A model generated the notes under the pieces. It made no database searches, was not told where the DNA came from, and was given only the letters and a program-made list of their open reading frames with translations. From Rickettsiales bacterium (GTDB lineage: Bacteria; Pseudomonadota; Alphaproteobacteria; Rs-D84; CACZYB01), in the NCBI GenBank assembly GCA_031288035.1, contig JAITSG010000019.1, positions 1-30,759 on the forward strand: a stretch of DNA of 30,759 nucleotides, written 5' to 3'. This document shows, piece by piece, positions 22,317 through 30,759 of the stretch. A program made the position numbers and the translations under genes. The first letter of the stretch is position 1; each line of letters starts with the position of its first letter.

Positions 22317-23015
22317 ATGGGTATGGTTCGCGTGCACGTAGAGGATATATCGCCTAGGCTCGAGCTCAAGGGCGCGGATTTCCATTACCTGCATGATGTG
22401 ATGAGGCTGGGGCCGGGCGGCGCCGTCAATGTGTTCAACGAAGCCGACGGCGAGTTCGGGGCCAGGGTCTCCGAAGTTTCGCGCCGCTCTGTCGTGCTGG
22501 ATGTGGGGGGCATGGTGCGCGGCCCGGAAAGCGAGAGCCTGCAAGACATAGGGCTCGCCTTCTCGCCGATTCGCCACGCGCGGCAGGATTTCATGGTAGA
22601 GCACGCAACCGAGCTCGGCGCCATGTCCCTCTCGCCGGTCGTGATGGAAAGGTCGCAGGTGCGCGCGTTCAACGCCGGGCGCGCCCGCGAGATAGCCAGG
22701 CAGGCCTCCGAGCAGTCCCGCCGCCTGTCCGTTCCGGAGGTGCTATCTCCCGTCCGGTTCGCCGATTTCATGGCGGGGTTCGATTTCAAGTCCCGCAGGC
22801 TCGTGTTCCTGGACGAGCGTCCGTCTGCGAAAAGGGCTCCCATGCCGCCCGCGCCGGCTACGTTCCTCGTGGGGCCGGAGGGCGGTTTTTCGGAGGCGGA
22901 GTTCGCCGCGCTCGATGCCTCTCCCGCCGTCGGGATTTCGCTCGGGCCTCTTGTCCTGCGTTCGGAAACCGCGGCCCTTGCGGCGCTGGCCGCGTACGGT
23001 GCGGGGGCGCGATGA
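22317..23015 (+). CDS. rsmE: 16S rRNA m3U1498 methyltransferase
   Basis: HYL..VMRL, ATELG, A..ASEQS.R...PE, LVGPEGGFS.AE, LGP.VLRSETA. Confidence 0.95.
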   Translation: MGMVRVHVEDISPRLELKGADFHYLHDVMRLGPGGAVNVFNEADGEFGARVSEVSRRSVVLDVGGMVRGPESESLQDIGLAFSPIRHARQDFMVEHATELGAMSLSPVVMERSQVRAFNAGRAREIARQASEQSRRLSVPEVLSPVRFADFMAGFDFKSRRLVFLDERPSAKRAPMPPAPATFLVGPEGGFSEAEFAALDASPAVGISLGPLVLRSETAALAALAAYGAGAR

Positions 23016-24301
23016 ACACGGCCGCCCTGGATTTCATGCGCGCTATGAGGGCCGAGCTCGCCGCGACGAATTCCTCGCTTGAAAAGCAGGGTATTTTGAG
23101 GCGCTATTTCGATTCCGATCCGGAAACCTTCCGCCGCCTTATGTCGTACCTGTATGATTATGACAGGATGTTTTACGTCACGTCCCAGACCGTGTCCGAC
23201 TGCGCCGCCGCGCCTGCGTCGCAGTCGGCGCTGGACTTTTCCGGCATAGGGACGGTGTTCGACATGCTCGACGCCCTTCACTCCCGGGCGTACACGGGCA
23301 ACGCCGCGCGCGCGTTCGTCGCGGGGTACATAGCGGCGGTCGGCGACGGGTACGCGGATCTGGTGAAATGCTTTTTGGACAAGGACCTGCATGTCCGCGT
23401 TTCCATCGCCACGATAAACAAGGCGGCGCCCGGCACGGTCAAGGAGTTTTCCTGCGCCCTTGCCAACAAGTTCCACGAGCGCGAGAAAAAGATAGACGTG
23501 GCGGATTATTACATAAGCCGCAAGATCGACGGCTGCCGCTGCCTGACCTTCACCTCGACCGGGGAGTCGTACTCGCGCGAGGGGCACGAGTTCGAGACCT
23601 TGGGTCTGATACGCGGGGCCGTGCGCGCTCTCGGCCGCCCCGGCTTCGTGATAGACGGCGAGGTATGCATAGTCGACGAGAACGATCGCGAGGACTTCCA
23701 GGCTATAATGAAGCTTATCAAGAGGAAGGACTTCACCATTCCCAACCCGAAGTACAAGATATTCGACATCCTGACCGAGGGCGAGTTCTACGGCAAGTAC
23801 GCCGACGTCCCGTACGAGGAGAGGATGGCGCGGTTGGATTTCGGGGGCGATCCGCTGTTCGACCCTCTTCCGTTCTATCCGTCGGACTGTTTCGACGAGC
23901 TTGTCAAGCAGGTGTCCGCGGGCGTGTTCGAGGGGATAATATACCGCCACAGGAGGATATACGAGGGCAAGCGCTCGGACGCCCTGTTGAAGTACAAGGA
24001 GTTCGAGGACGCGGAATTCAGGGTCGTGGCTACGACCGGGGGGATTATGCCCGTCCTCGAGGGCGGCGTCATGGTCGACACTCCGGTCCTGGCCAACGTC
24101 ATCATAGATCTCGGCGGCGGCGGCACGTGCGAGGTCGGCTCGGGATTTTCTGTGGAGGAGAGGCTCGAGTTCCTCGCGCATCCTGAGCGCATAGTCGGCC
24201 ACATGATAACGGTCAAGTATTTCGAGCGCACGACCGACCAGTTCGGGAAGCCCTCTCTCCGCTTCCCCATATTCAAGGGCATAAGGGACGAGATGCTGTA
24301 G
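23012..24301 (+). CDS. ATP-dependent DNA ligase, phage-type
   Basis: Motif I KIDGCR, III VIDGE, IIIa KIFD, IV EGII, V LLKYK; OB-fold GSGFS...VKYFE...LRFP.FK. Confidence 0.92.
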   Translation: MNTAALDFMRAMRAELAATNSSLEKQGILRRYFDSDPETFRRLMSYLYDYDRMFYVTSQTVSDCAAAPASQSALDFSGIGTVFDMLDALHSRAYTGNAARAFVAGYIAAVGDGYADLVKCFLDKDLHVRVSIATINKAAPGTVKEFSCALANKFHEREKKIDVADYYISRKIDGCRCLTFTSTGESYSREGHEFETLGLIRGAVRALGRPGFVIDGEVCIVDENDREDFQAIMKLIKRKDFTIPNPKYKIFDILTEGEFYGKYADVPYEERMARLDFGGDPLFDPLPFYPSDCFDELVKQVSAGVFEGIIYRHRRIYEGKRSDALLKYKEFEDAEFRVVATTGGIMPVLEGGVMVDTPVLANVIIDLGGGGTCEVGSGFSVEERLEFLAHPERIVGHMITVKYFERTTDQFGKPSLRFPIFKGIRDEML

Positions 24302-24313
24302 GAGCTCGTCGGT

Positions 24314-24765
24314 TTATGCGGGAAGTTTGAAGATTTCCCGGACGCATTTTTGGATTTCACGGAAGATTGGGGCAGGCAGGAAGCTCTTCTTGAAATTCGC
24401 ATGCAAGTTGCCGCGGCCGAGGAACGGCGGTTGCAATCTGTCCAGGCTTACGGCCTGGACCATGTCGCATAATGCCCAGCAATCTTTTTGGCAAGCACTC
24501 CCGTCAGTAGCCCCGGCCTTAGATGGACGGTATGCCGGACTTCTTTCGTCGGATCCTGCGATGTGAAAGGAACTACTATGGCAAGCCTTGCGCGCTTGTG
24601 TGAATGGACTATGGCTACCGGCCGAAGCTTGCCTATCTCCGGCCTTATGTTCGCTGATAACTTTCCCTCACGGACTATGGAGTCATCCTCCCTATTCCGG
24701 CAAGCCTCGAAAAAACACATCAGGACCTGTCCGTCTTTGACAAATTTAAGGGGTGCGAGAGGCAT
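24314..24765 (-). pseudogene. Frameshifted PemK/MazF-like endoribonuclease
   Basis: Frame 0 gives PEIGKLRPVAIV...LAIVVPFTS. After an A5 run (24485-24489) the -1 frame continues CWALCDMVQAVSLDRL to TAA at 24314-24316. Confidence 0.75.
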
Positions 24766-24834
24766 ACTTCTCTTCTTGATTTTAGACCCCGCCGAAGCGG
24801 GGCCGGTAAACTCATTTCTGGGAAATTCATTTTC

Positions 24835-24863
24835 TTTATAGTCGATTCCTAGGCAAAAGTCAA
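24835..24863 (-). promoter_or_regulatory. sigma70-like promoter of the PemK-like gene
   Basis: Minus strand TTGACT-17 nt-TATAAA; the leader contains a cUUCGg hairpin (24787-24802). Confidence 0.65.
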
Positions 24864-24940
24864 GTAGTTTGTGCAGTCCCTTTGTATCCGTCCCTATCCG
24901 AATATATACAAGCTATAGGCGTTATACGCTTGTTCGTGCC

Positions 24941-25138
24941 AAAAACTTGACTGCGCCCCGGCCCCGCATACGCCGTTCTTGGACCCTTTCGGGATAGAAG
25001 GGCGGGGAGTTACAATATCATAATAAGAAATGACCTCTTTGGCCTTTGGGGCGGACCCTTGGACATACGCCAAAGACTCCCCTGTTCGGGATGTCCTCTT
25101 ATTACGAACTTGTACGGTCCGGCGCCGTCTCCGGTGCG
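24941..25138 (-). ncRNA. ssrS: Probable 6S RNA
   Basis: About 195 nt, no ORF, own strong promoter, ends pair, internal GGGGAGU/ACUCCCC stem. The 3' motif CCCGCCCU...GGGUCCAAGAACGGC resembles recalled 6S conserved regions (GGGUUCAA...AACGGC). Confidence 0.55.
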
Positions 25139-25144
25139 GATAGT

Positions 25145-25173
25145 ATTATATTCCTGATTTCGGGAAATGTAAA
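25145..25173 (-). promoter_or_regulatory. sigma70 promoter of the ncRNA
   Basis: Minus strand TTTACA-17 nt-TATAAT. Confidence 0.75.
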
Positions 25174-25179
25174 ATGAAA

Positions 25180-25217
25180 TTTGCCTCGCCTGAAATATTT
25201 TGCCTCGCCTGGAATAT
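25180..25217. repeat. Tandem 19-bp direct repeat
   Basis: TTTGCCTCGCCTGAAATAT / TTTGCCTCGCCTGGAATAT, one mismatch. Confidence 0.85.
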
Positions 25218-25315
25218 AAGCACGCGGCCGTGTCAGGGTCGCGGGCTTTTCTGATTTGCGAAATCCTATGCCTTGCCTATTGATTGTCAAGGCGGTATGG
25301 ATAAGGCGTTTGTCG

Positions 25316-26365
25316 TTATCTCGAATACTGTTTCTTTATGTCCAGCAGCTGCTCTGTGGCGGACGGGTTGAAATCTTCGCCCGCAAGCTTGAAGAATGCG
25401 TCGATATAGCGGTCGACGGTCGCGTCCACGACAATGTCCGGAAGGGTCGGCTGGGACTTTCCGTTCCATCTTCCTTCCTTTTCCTCTTTCGTTAGGAAGT
25501 CGCGGACCGGCTGCTTGTCGAAGGATTTCGGCTCCCTGCCCGCGGCGAAGGCCTCTATGTAGTCGTCTGCGTCCCAGAAGCGGGAGGAATCCGGAGTCAG
25601 CGCCTCGTCGCCGAGGATAACGGCCTCGTTTCCTTTTCTGTTTTCCTCTTCGTCGATTCCGAATTCGAGCTTCGTGTCGGCCAGGATTATGCTTTTCTCG
25701 GCGGCGTGTTCGCGCGCGGCTGAGAAGATTGCGACGGCCAGCTGCTCGGCCTTTCGCGCGGTCTCGGCGCTAAATCCGGAGGAGCGGATTATCTCCGCGG
25801 CGCGCGTTCTCGATATATTCTTGTCGTGGAACCCGGACTCGGCCTTGGTCGAGGGGGTGTAGATTGGCGTTTCGAGCCTGCTCTCCGGCTTGATGTTCCT
25901 TCCTATCGCGTGGTCGAACAGGGTGCCGGCCTCTGCATCGTAGTCCGACTTGCCGTTGGCGTCCTTTTTCAGGACCGAGCCGGTCAGGTGCCCGCGGACT
26001 ATGGCCTCTATGGGAAGCATTTCCAGTTTCCTGACCAATGCGACGCGGTTCCTGAGCGCTTCCTTGTGTGGCGCGAGGTCGGGGTAGGCCCTGGCTATGG
26101 AATCTATGTCGGTGTCGATAAGATGGTTTGGTATCCCGAGTTTTGCGAGTTTCCCCATCCAGAAATTCGAGAGCTGGGAAAGCACTACGCCCTTTCCTGG
26201 AATGCCCGGGTTGAGGATGATGTCGAGCGCGGATATGCGGTCGCTTGTTACCACAAGGAGCTTGCCCTTTTCGATATTGTAGGAATCGCGGACCTTTCCG
26301 GAGTGCGGCTCTCCCAGCGATTTCGGGAGCCTGATGCTGGTTTCTGCTTTATTTACTTTATTCAT
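25316..26365 (-). CDS. purC: SAICAR synthetase
   Basis: SGKVRD.Y, V.SDRISA.D, IPGKG, P.EAIVRG.LTGS, TPSTKA, ILADTKLEFG, DEALTPDSSRFW, DKQPVRD. Confidence 0.96.
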   Translation of the reverse strand: MNKVNKAETSIRLPKSLGEPHSGKVRDSYNIEKGKLLVVTSDRISALDIILNPGIPGKGVVLSQLSNFWMGKLAKLGIPNHLIDTDIDSIARAYPDLAPHKEALRNRVALVRKLEMLPIEAIVRGHLTGSVLKKDANGKSDYDAEAGTLFDHAIGRNIKPESRLETPIYTPSTKAESGFHDKNISRTRAAEIIRSSGFSAETARKAEQLAVAIFSAAREHAAEKSIILADTKLEFGIDEEENRKGNEAVILGDEALTPDSSRFWDADDYIEAFAAGREPKSFDKQPVRDFLTKEEKEGRWNGKSQPTLPDIVVDATVDRYIDAFFKLAGEDFNPSATEQLLDIKKQYSR

Positions 26366-26400
26366 TTTTAGCCTTTCGTTGATTTTGCCCCCGGGGGAGG

Positions 26401-26429
26401 ATTATACGGGCGTGCGCGGCCGGACGCAA
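26401..26429 (-). promoter_or_regulatory. purC promoter
   Basis: Minus strand TTGCGT-17 nt-TATAAT. Confidence 0.7.
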
Positions 26430-26497
26430 GGGATTTCTGTCCGTCCGTCCGATATTTGTTGCGTCTCTTTGGCGCGCTTCTCCCCGGCCGGTTTTCC

Positions 26498-26526
26498 TTG
26501 TCTATGCGGCGGGCGCGTGGTACAAT
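26498..26526 (+). promoter_or_regulatory. Promoter, apparently leaderless, of the NlpC/P60-like gene
   Basis: TTGTCT-17 nt-TACAAT with extended TG; ATG 6 nt later. Confidence 0.65.
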
Positions 26527-26532
26527 TTTTTT

Positions 26533-27072
26533 ATGGGTTGTTTTACTTCCGAGTATTCGCATAAGAATCGCGCCGAGATGCGCGGAGGCGCGCCGCATCT
26601 TATGTATGATTGCAGCGGATTTGTGGCGCTGCACTTGGCGCGAGCCGGGCGGCTTCGCGCGTTGGCGGAGGTGCGCGGCTGGCTGCGGGAGGCCGGGTTC
26701 ATAAAGATAAACCGCTTTTATTGCCAGGACTGCGGCCGGCTGCTTGCGCGGCGCGGCGGGCTGAGATACATAAAGGTTTCGCCTGCGCCGGCGGCGGGCG
26801 ACGTTCTGGTCGTTGTTTTCGGCGACGGCAACGGGCATTGTATGGTTGTCGAGGATATTCTGTCGCGAACGCCGGAGGAAATAAGCTTGCGCATCGCCGA
26901 CAGCACCCGTTTCCCGCATAGGAACGACACCCGCGCGGAAGGCCAAACCGGCATTGGCAGCGGGGAGATAAGGCTGCTCGGCGCGGGCGGGAAATACGAT
27001 GTTTACGATGCTCAAAATCCCGGGCTGCCGCCGCGGAAGGCGGAGATATATTTTTTAAGGTTTCCGGGATGA
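26533..27072 (+). CDS. NlpC/P60-superfamily Cys-His hydrolase-like protein
   Basis: YDCSGFV, GDVLVV and GHCMVV motifs. Confidence 0.7.
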   Translation: MGCFTSEYSHKNRAEMRGGAPHLMYDCSGFVALHLARAGRLRALAEVRGWLREAGFIKINRFYCQDCGRLLARRGGLRYIKVSPAPAAGDVLVVVFGDGNGHCMVVEDILSRTPEEISLRIADSTRFPHRNDTRAEGQTGIGSGEIRLLGAGGKYDVYDAQNPGLPPRKAEIYFLRFPG

Positions 27073-27147
27073 AGTCATCGCGGGTTTCTGTCGCCTCGTC
27101 CAGCCCGGCGGATCTCGTCGGGACAAAGCCGTTCTCGCCATAAGAAG

Positions 27148-27681
27148 CTACCTGGCGCGGAAGGCGCGTCCCGTTATGCCCGTTATGCCCGTTATGTCTG
27201 CAAATCTGTTGAGATTCCCCTCGAGTTTCGCTCTTGTCCGCATCAATATCTTTCCAAGATGATTTTCGCCTTTCCCGTCGCAAACGCCCCAGAAGACGTC
27301 TCCCCAAGTATTGCCTTCTATCAATTCTGCGCTGCCTGTATTCAAAAGCATTTGTTTCAATTCGTCGTTGAAGAAGAATTTTTGCCATACCAAACCGGTC
27401 ATTACGTCGATTTTTATTTTATCCCAATCTTTTCGAATTGCCAATCCGCCGTTATCCGCAAAATTTTTGGCCCAAAACGGAGTAGCGTCTATAAATTTTA
27501 GCATATCGTCTGGGTTGGCCGCTTTGGCGGCCTGATAGGCGTTCTCGACGCAGTTGAAATTATGCCCTCCGTAAGAAACCCTGACGATATGCGGATACAT
27601 ATCTCCGTTTTTATTCTTATATGGATAGAAGTTCGATAGGAATCTTGTTTCCGTAGTTGTAAAGGTTTCTATTTTTTTCAT
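27148..27681 (-). CDS. NADAR (YbiA-like) family protein
   Basis: FLSNFY, E.AYQAAK, R.DW, KF, L..TG...LIE...W.D.FWG...G.G.N.LG..LM; low GC; start at the ATG at 27681. Confidence 0.92.
   Translation of the reverse strand: MKKIETFTTTETRFLSNFYPYKNKNGDMYPHIVRVSYGGHNFNCVENAYQAAKAANPDDMLKFIDATPFWAKNFADNGGLAIRKDWDKIKIDVMTGLVWQKFFFNDELKQMLLNTGSAELIEGNTWGDVFWGVCDGKGENHLGKILMRTRAKLEGNLNRFADITGITGITGRAFRAR
27170..27196. repeat. 3 x 9-bp tandem repeat (CCCGTTATG)
   Basis: Exact repeats encoding ITG x3 at the NADAR C-terminus. Confidence 0.9.
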
Positions 27682-27781
27682 CTCGATACCAGATTCTGGT
27701 TTTTCCAAATTATAAGGCTGCGTTTTAGGAATAAAGATAGAAAATGCGATTTGGCGTATGTCGGCGAGTTTTTTGAAAGAT

Positions 27782-27801
27782 TCCCCTCCGGCCGGAGGGG
27801 A
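27782..27801 (-). terminator. Possible terminator of the LysM gene
   Basis: TCCCCTCC-GGCC-GGAGGGGA 8-bp hairpin just after the stop; U-tract is weak. Confidence 0.45.
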
Positions 27802-27806
27802 GGGGT

Positions 27807-29078
27807 TTATTTCTTGGTTTTGACGGGCGCGGCCGGGGCGGGCTTTTTCTTTATATGGTCTATCCTCTCGACCTGGGGCCCGGCCCCGTTCTTCGCGTCG
27901 GCGGGTTTTGCGGCCGGTCTTTTCGTGGCCGTCGCGGGCTTTGTCGGGGCGGCCGGCTTCGGGGCGGGCTTCTTGGCCTCGCTCCCGGCGGCCCGGGGCT
28001 TTTTCGTGGCCGGGAGGGGCTTGGCCGCGTTTGCCTTGAAGAACTCGCCGTCCTTTTTCGGAATGACGAATGTCTGCTTCACGTATATGAGGTCCGGGTC
28101 GCGTATCTGGGACTTGTTGGCCTCGAATATCACGACGTAGTTCGCGCCGCGGCCGTATTCGCGAAGCGCCAGGTTCCACAGGCAGTCGCCCTTCTTTATC
28201 ATGACCATGGTGTTCTTGTCGTCGAAGAACGTCGGCGTGAACTTGTATTCCACGCGCCGTGCGACCTTTTTGCCGTCAGCGGTCATCATGTCGGCGCGGA
28301 GCGCGTGGGGCCTAGCCTCCATTTTCCTGTCGGCGTCTATCGTCCAGGCCTTGCCGGAAGAAGCTTCGCCCACCAGTTCGTTGTCCAGGAACAAGCGCAC
28401 CTTGCGGCCGCTGAGCGCCACGCCCTCGGCGTGGAATTCGCCGGATTCGGTATAGTCGAGCTTGGCTATCCTGAGGGCGCCTATGTCCTGTCCCCTGGGC
28501 GCCGCGATTACGGTGGATTTCTTGCCGCCCATTATCGCGGCCACGTCGTCCTTGCCGGTTTTCGACACGTGCAGGAGGGCGCTCTGCTTGCTCTTGACCT
28601 TGGCTCCGTCGCGGATCGCGAACAGAGACAGCCTGCGGTTGCCCGGCGCCAGGGATTTTTTGGGAAGGAACACCCACTGGCCGTTCGCGTCGGCCTTTTC
28701 GATGCCTATTTCGCGGCCGTTGTCGAGGATGTGGACTTCCTCGCCGGCCTTTGCGCGGCCGGAGGCGACGACTTCGCCTTTTTCCATGCGCACTATGTCG
28801 AAGCTGGGCGGGGCTGCGGCTGCGACCTCCTGGGGCGCCTCCGCGACGTTGGGCTCGGTTCTGAAGGCCGAGATTATCCACACCACCGCTCCGGCCACGG
28901 CCAGGAATATAAGGGCGGCTATGGCTATTTTCTTTTTGCTAAGAGCGGAAGCGGCGGGCCTTTTGCGTTCCGTCTTTTCGGCCTTCCTGTCGAGCATTCT
29001 GTTGCCTGCCGAGAACGTCGCGCGGTTTTCCTGCGCGTCCGAGTTTCCGGCGATAAGCATGGGCTCTTTTTTATCCAT
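27807..29078 (-). CDS. Membrane-anchored LysM peptidoglycan-binding protein with Ig-like domains
   Basis: N-terminal TM; GDCLWNLA..EYG.G..Y..IFEANK.QI.DPDLIY..Q...IP; K/A/P-rich tail. Confidence 0.9.
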   Translation of the reverse strand: MDKKEPMLIAGNSDAQENRATFSAGNRMLDRKAEKTERKRPAASALSKKKIAIAALIFLAVAGAVVWIISAFRTEPNVAEAPQEVAAAAPPSFDIVRMEKGEVVASGRAKAGEEVHILDNGREIGIEKADANGQWVFLPKKSLAPGNRRLSLFAIRDGAKVKSKQSALLHVSKTGKDDVAAIMGGKKSTVIAAPRGQDIGALRIAKLDYTESGEFHAEGVALSGRKVRLFLDNELVGEASSGKAWTIDADRKMEARPHALRADMMTADGKKVARRVEYKFTPTFFDDKNTMVMIKKGDCLWNLALREYGRGANYVVIFEANKSQIRDPDLIYVKQTFVIPKKDGEFFKANAAKPLPATKKPRAAGSEAKKPAPKPAAPTKPATATKRPAAKPADAKNGAGPQVERIDHIKKKPAPAAPVKTKK

Positions 29079-29264
29079 TTTGTGCTCCTTTGTTAAAACT
29101 TGACATAAAAATAGGGCATTTGTTCAAATTTGTCAAGTTTAGAAATAATAGCGGCCGATAAAAAGCGCGCGCCGGTGCCGGATGCGCGGGTTTCTTTGTC
29201 GAATTTCCTTGATTTCCCGGGTGTTCGGGGGTACGCTGGAATCATTAGAAAGCAAAGGTTAGAT

Positions 29265-30759
29265 ATGAAAGGCGGTAAAACGCGGTTGACGGTCTTGCCG
29301 CATGGCGTGTTTGCGTTTATATGGCATTTTCTTTCCAAGCGCAAATGGCTGTTCTGGGCCCAGGTCGTGCTTATATTCCTGCGCGGGGCGAGCAATATGG
29401 CCTGGCCCTATTCGATAAAGATGCTGGCCGACGCGTTCGGCCGCGCGACGCCAGAAACCGTGTGGGAAAGCGTGCGCGCGGTGCTGTTCCTCTATTTTTC
29501 GATATACGCGGCGCACATATTGGTCAACCGCGTGTACAAGTTAATCGGCAACTATTTCTATCCGGCCATGTCCACGGCGGTCAGGTCGGAGGTCGTGTCC
29601 GGGATACAGTCGAAGTCGTTCTCGTTTTTCATCAACAATTTCACGGGCTCGATGGTGAACAAGATCGGCGACCTTACGCGCGAATCGCGCGAGCTTACGA
29701 AGCTTTCGCTGTGGATTCTGGAGATATGGGCGTTCGTATTCGCCGGGTTCGCGATGTTCGCGCCGATACATTGGGGGATAACCGCCGTATGCTGCGCATG
29801 GATATTCGCGCACATAAGTTTCTGCCTGTTCCGGTTGAGGACGTGGAACAAGCTTGCCTACGACACCAGCGAGGCTGCGAGCGCGGTGACCGGCCGCATC
29901 GCGGATTCGCTTTCGAACTACGGTTCGGTCAAGTCCTTCGCCAGAGAGAAGGCCGAGCGCCGCTACATCATGCCGTTCCTCATGGACAGGCAGCGCAAGG
30001 ACACGAAATGGGGCCGGACGATAAACCGCGACTATTTATTGCTGGACTTTCTGTCGTTCTTCGGCCTGTACGTCCCCGTGTTCGCGATGATAATAGCGCT
30101 CTATAGGAACGGGACCGTCGGGGTGGGCAGCATTTTGTTCGTCACGACGGCGGTGGATTGGATAAACGGCCGCATATACGACCTCGGGGACAAGCTGTCG
30201 GCCTTTTCTGAATCCTACGGCACCATGAAGCAGGCCATGTGGGTCGTCACGGCTCCGCTCGAGATAGAGGATGCGAAGGGCGCGGCGGAGCTGAAGGTCA
30301 AGGACGCGGTGATAGAGTTCGACCGCGTGCGTTTCCGGTACGACAGCCGCCGGGACGTGCTTTTCGACGGCTTCGGCCTCAAGATAGGCTCTGGCGAGAA
30401 GGTCGGCCTGGTCGGATCTAGCGGCGCGGGGAAAAGCTCGATAATCCACCTGCTATTGCGCTATTTCGACGTGCAGGGCGGTGCGATACTCATCGACGGC
30501 CAGGACATCCGCGGCGTGACGCAGGAGAGCCTGAGGCGGGCGATAGCCTTCATCCCCCAGGACACGAGCCTGTTCCACCGCACGATTCGCGACAACATAG
30601 CCTACGGCCGCCAGGACGCGGCGCAGGCCGAGGTCGAATCCGCGGCGAGGAAGGCTTATGCGCACGAGCTTATCATGGGCACGCCCGACGGGTATTCGAG
30701 CCTGGTGGGCGACCGCGGCATAAAGCTTTCCGTGGGCCAGAGGCAGAGGATAGCCATAG
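29265..30759 (+). CDS. ABC exporter, permease plus ATPase (MsbA-like), truncated by the window end
   Basis: Open frame from the ATG at 29265 to the window end; TM helices, Walker A GSSGAGKS, Q-loop IPQD, signature LSVGQRQRIA; promoter TTGATT-17 nt-TACGCT at 29209-29237. Confidence 0.92.
   Translation, partial: MKGGKTRLTVLPHGVFAFIWHFLSKRKWLFWAQVVLIFLRGASNMAWPYSIKMLADAFGRATPETVWESVRAVLFLYFSIYAAHILVNRVYKLIGNYFYPAMSTAVRSEVVSGIQSKSFSFFINNFTGSMVNKIGDLTRESRELTKLSLWILEIWAFVFAGFAMFAPIHWGITAVCCAWIFAHISFCLFRLRTWNKLAYDTSEAASAVTGRIADSLSNYGSVKSFAREKAERRYIMPFLMDRQRKDTKWGRTINRDYLLLDFLSFFGLYVPVFAMIIALYRNGTVGVGSILFVTTAVDWINGRIYDLGDKLSAFSESYGTMKQAMWVVTAPLEIEDAKGAAELKVKDAVIEFDRVRFRYDSRRDVLFDGFGLKIGSGEKVGLVGSSGAGKSSIIHLLLRYFDVQGGAILIDGQDIRGVTQESLRRAIAFIPQDTSLFHRTIRDNIAYGRQDAAQAEVESAARKAYAHELIMGTPDGYSSLVGDRGIKLSVGQRQRIAI

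Noticed and set aside
24720-24830. 36-codon upstream ORF as the antitoxin of the PemK-like gene
   Set aside because: Its ATG is only 4 nt after the -10 box and would precede the transcription start; no antitoxin-like features.
24941-25138. RNase P RNA, SRP RNA, tmRNA or tRNA identity for this ncRNA
   Set aside because: No GAGGAAAGUCC with P4 pairing, no SRP domain IV motif, and no T-arm or CCA cloverleaf.
30727-30741. ABC signature LSVGQ instead of LSGGQ
   Set aside because: A single substitution of a kind common among exporters; the other visible motifs are intact.

Overview
High-GC chromosome segment, most likely alphaproteobacterial (inferred from the protein families and the GAAAGGA ribosome-binding sites). 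The flanks carry host genes: birA, rnhB and a lytic transglycosylase on the left; rpe, an ABC transporter with an eroded ATPase domain, ftsA, ftsQ, rsmE, a probable 6S RNA, purC, NlpC/P60, NADAR, LysM and a second ABC exporter on the right. The main signal lies at about 3.35-16.46 kb. It is a set of T7-like podovirus morphogenesis genes: scaffold, major capsid, a small head protein, tail tube A and B, one small internal protein, a fibre adaptor only, and portal. These genes have host-like GC and are interleaved with non-phage genes. No integrase, replication genes, RNA polymerase, recognisable small terminase or lysis cassette is visible. The large terminase is split into separate ATPase and nuclease genes 5.1 kb apart, each with intact catalytic motifs and a strong RBS, and the portal gene sits between them. 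The cluster promoter runs straight into an intrinsic terminator, and further terminators lie directly before the capsid, head-protein and portal RBSs. Together this suggests a domesticated, antitermination-gated podovirus-type gene transfer agent or a related particle (inference; a decaying prophage is not excluded). Also seen: two promoter-flanked small-RNA candidates with anti-Shine-Dalgarno pyrimidine loops, a pair of paralogous secreted proteins (one with a low-GC swapped cassette), a frameshifted PemK/MazF-like gene, a phage-type ATP-dependent ligase coupled to rsmE, and four apparently leaderless genes. All family assignments come from motif recognition by eye; no database searches were run.
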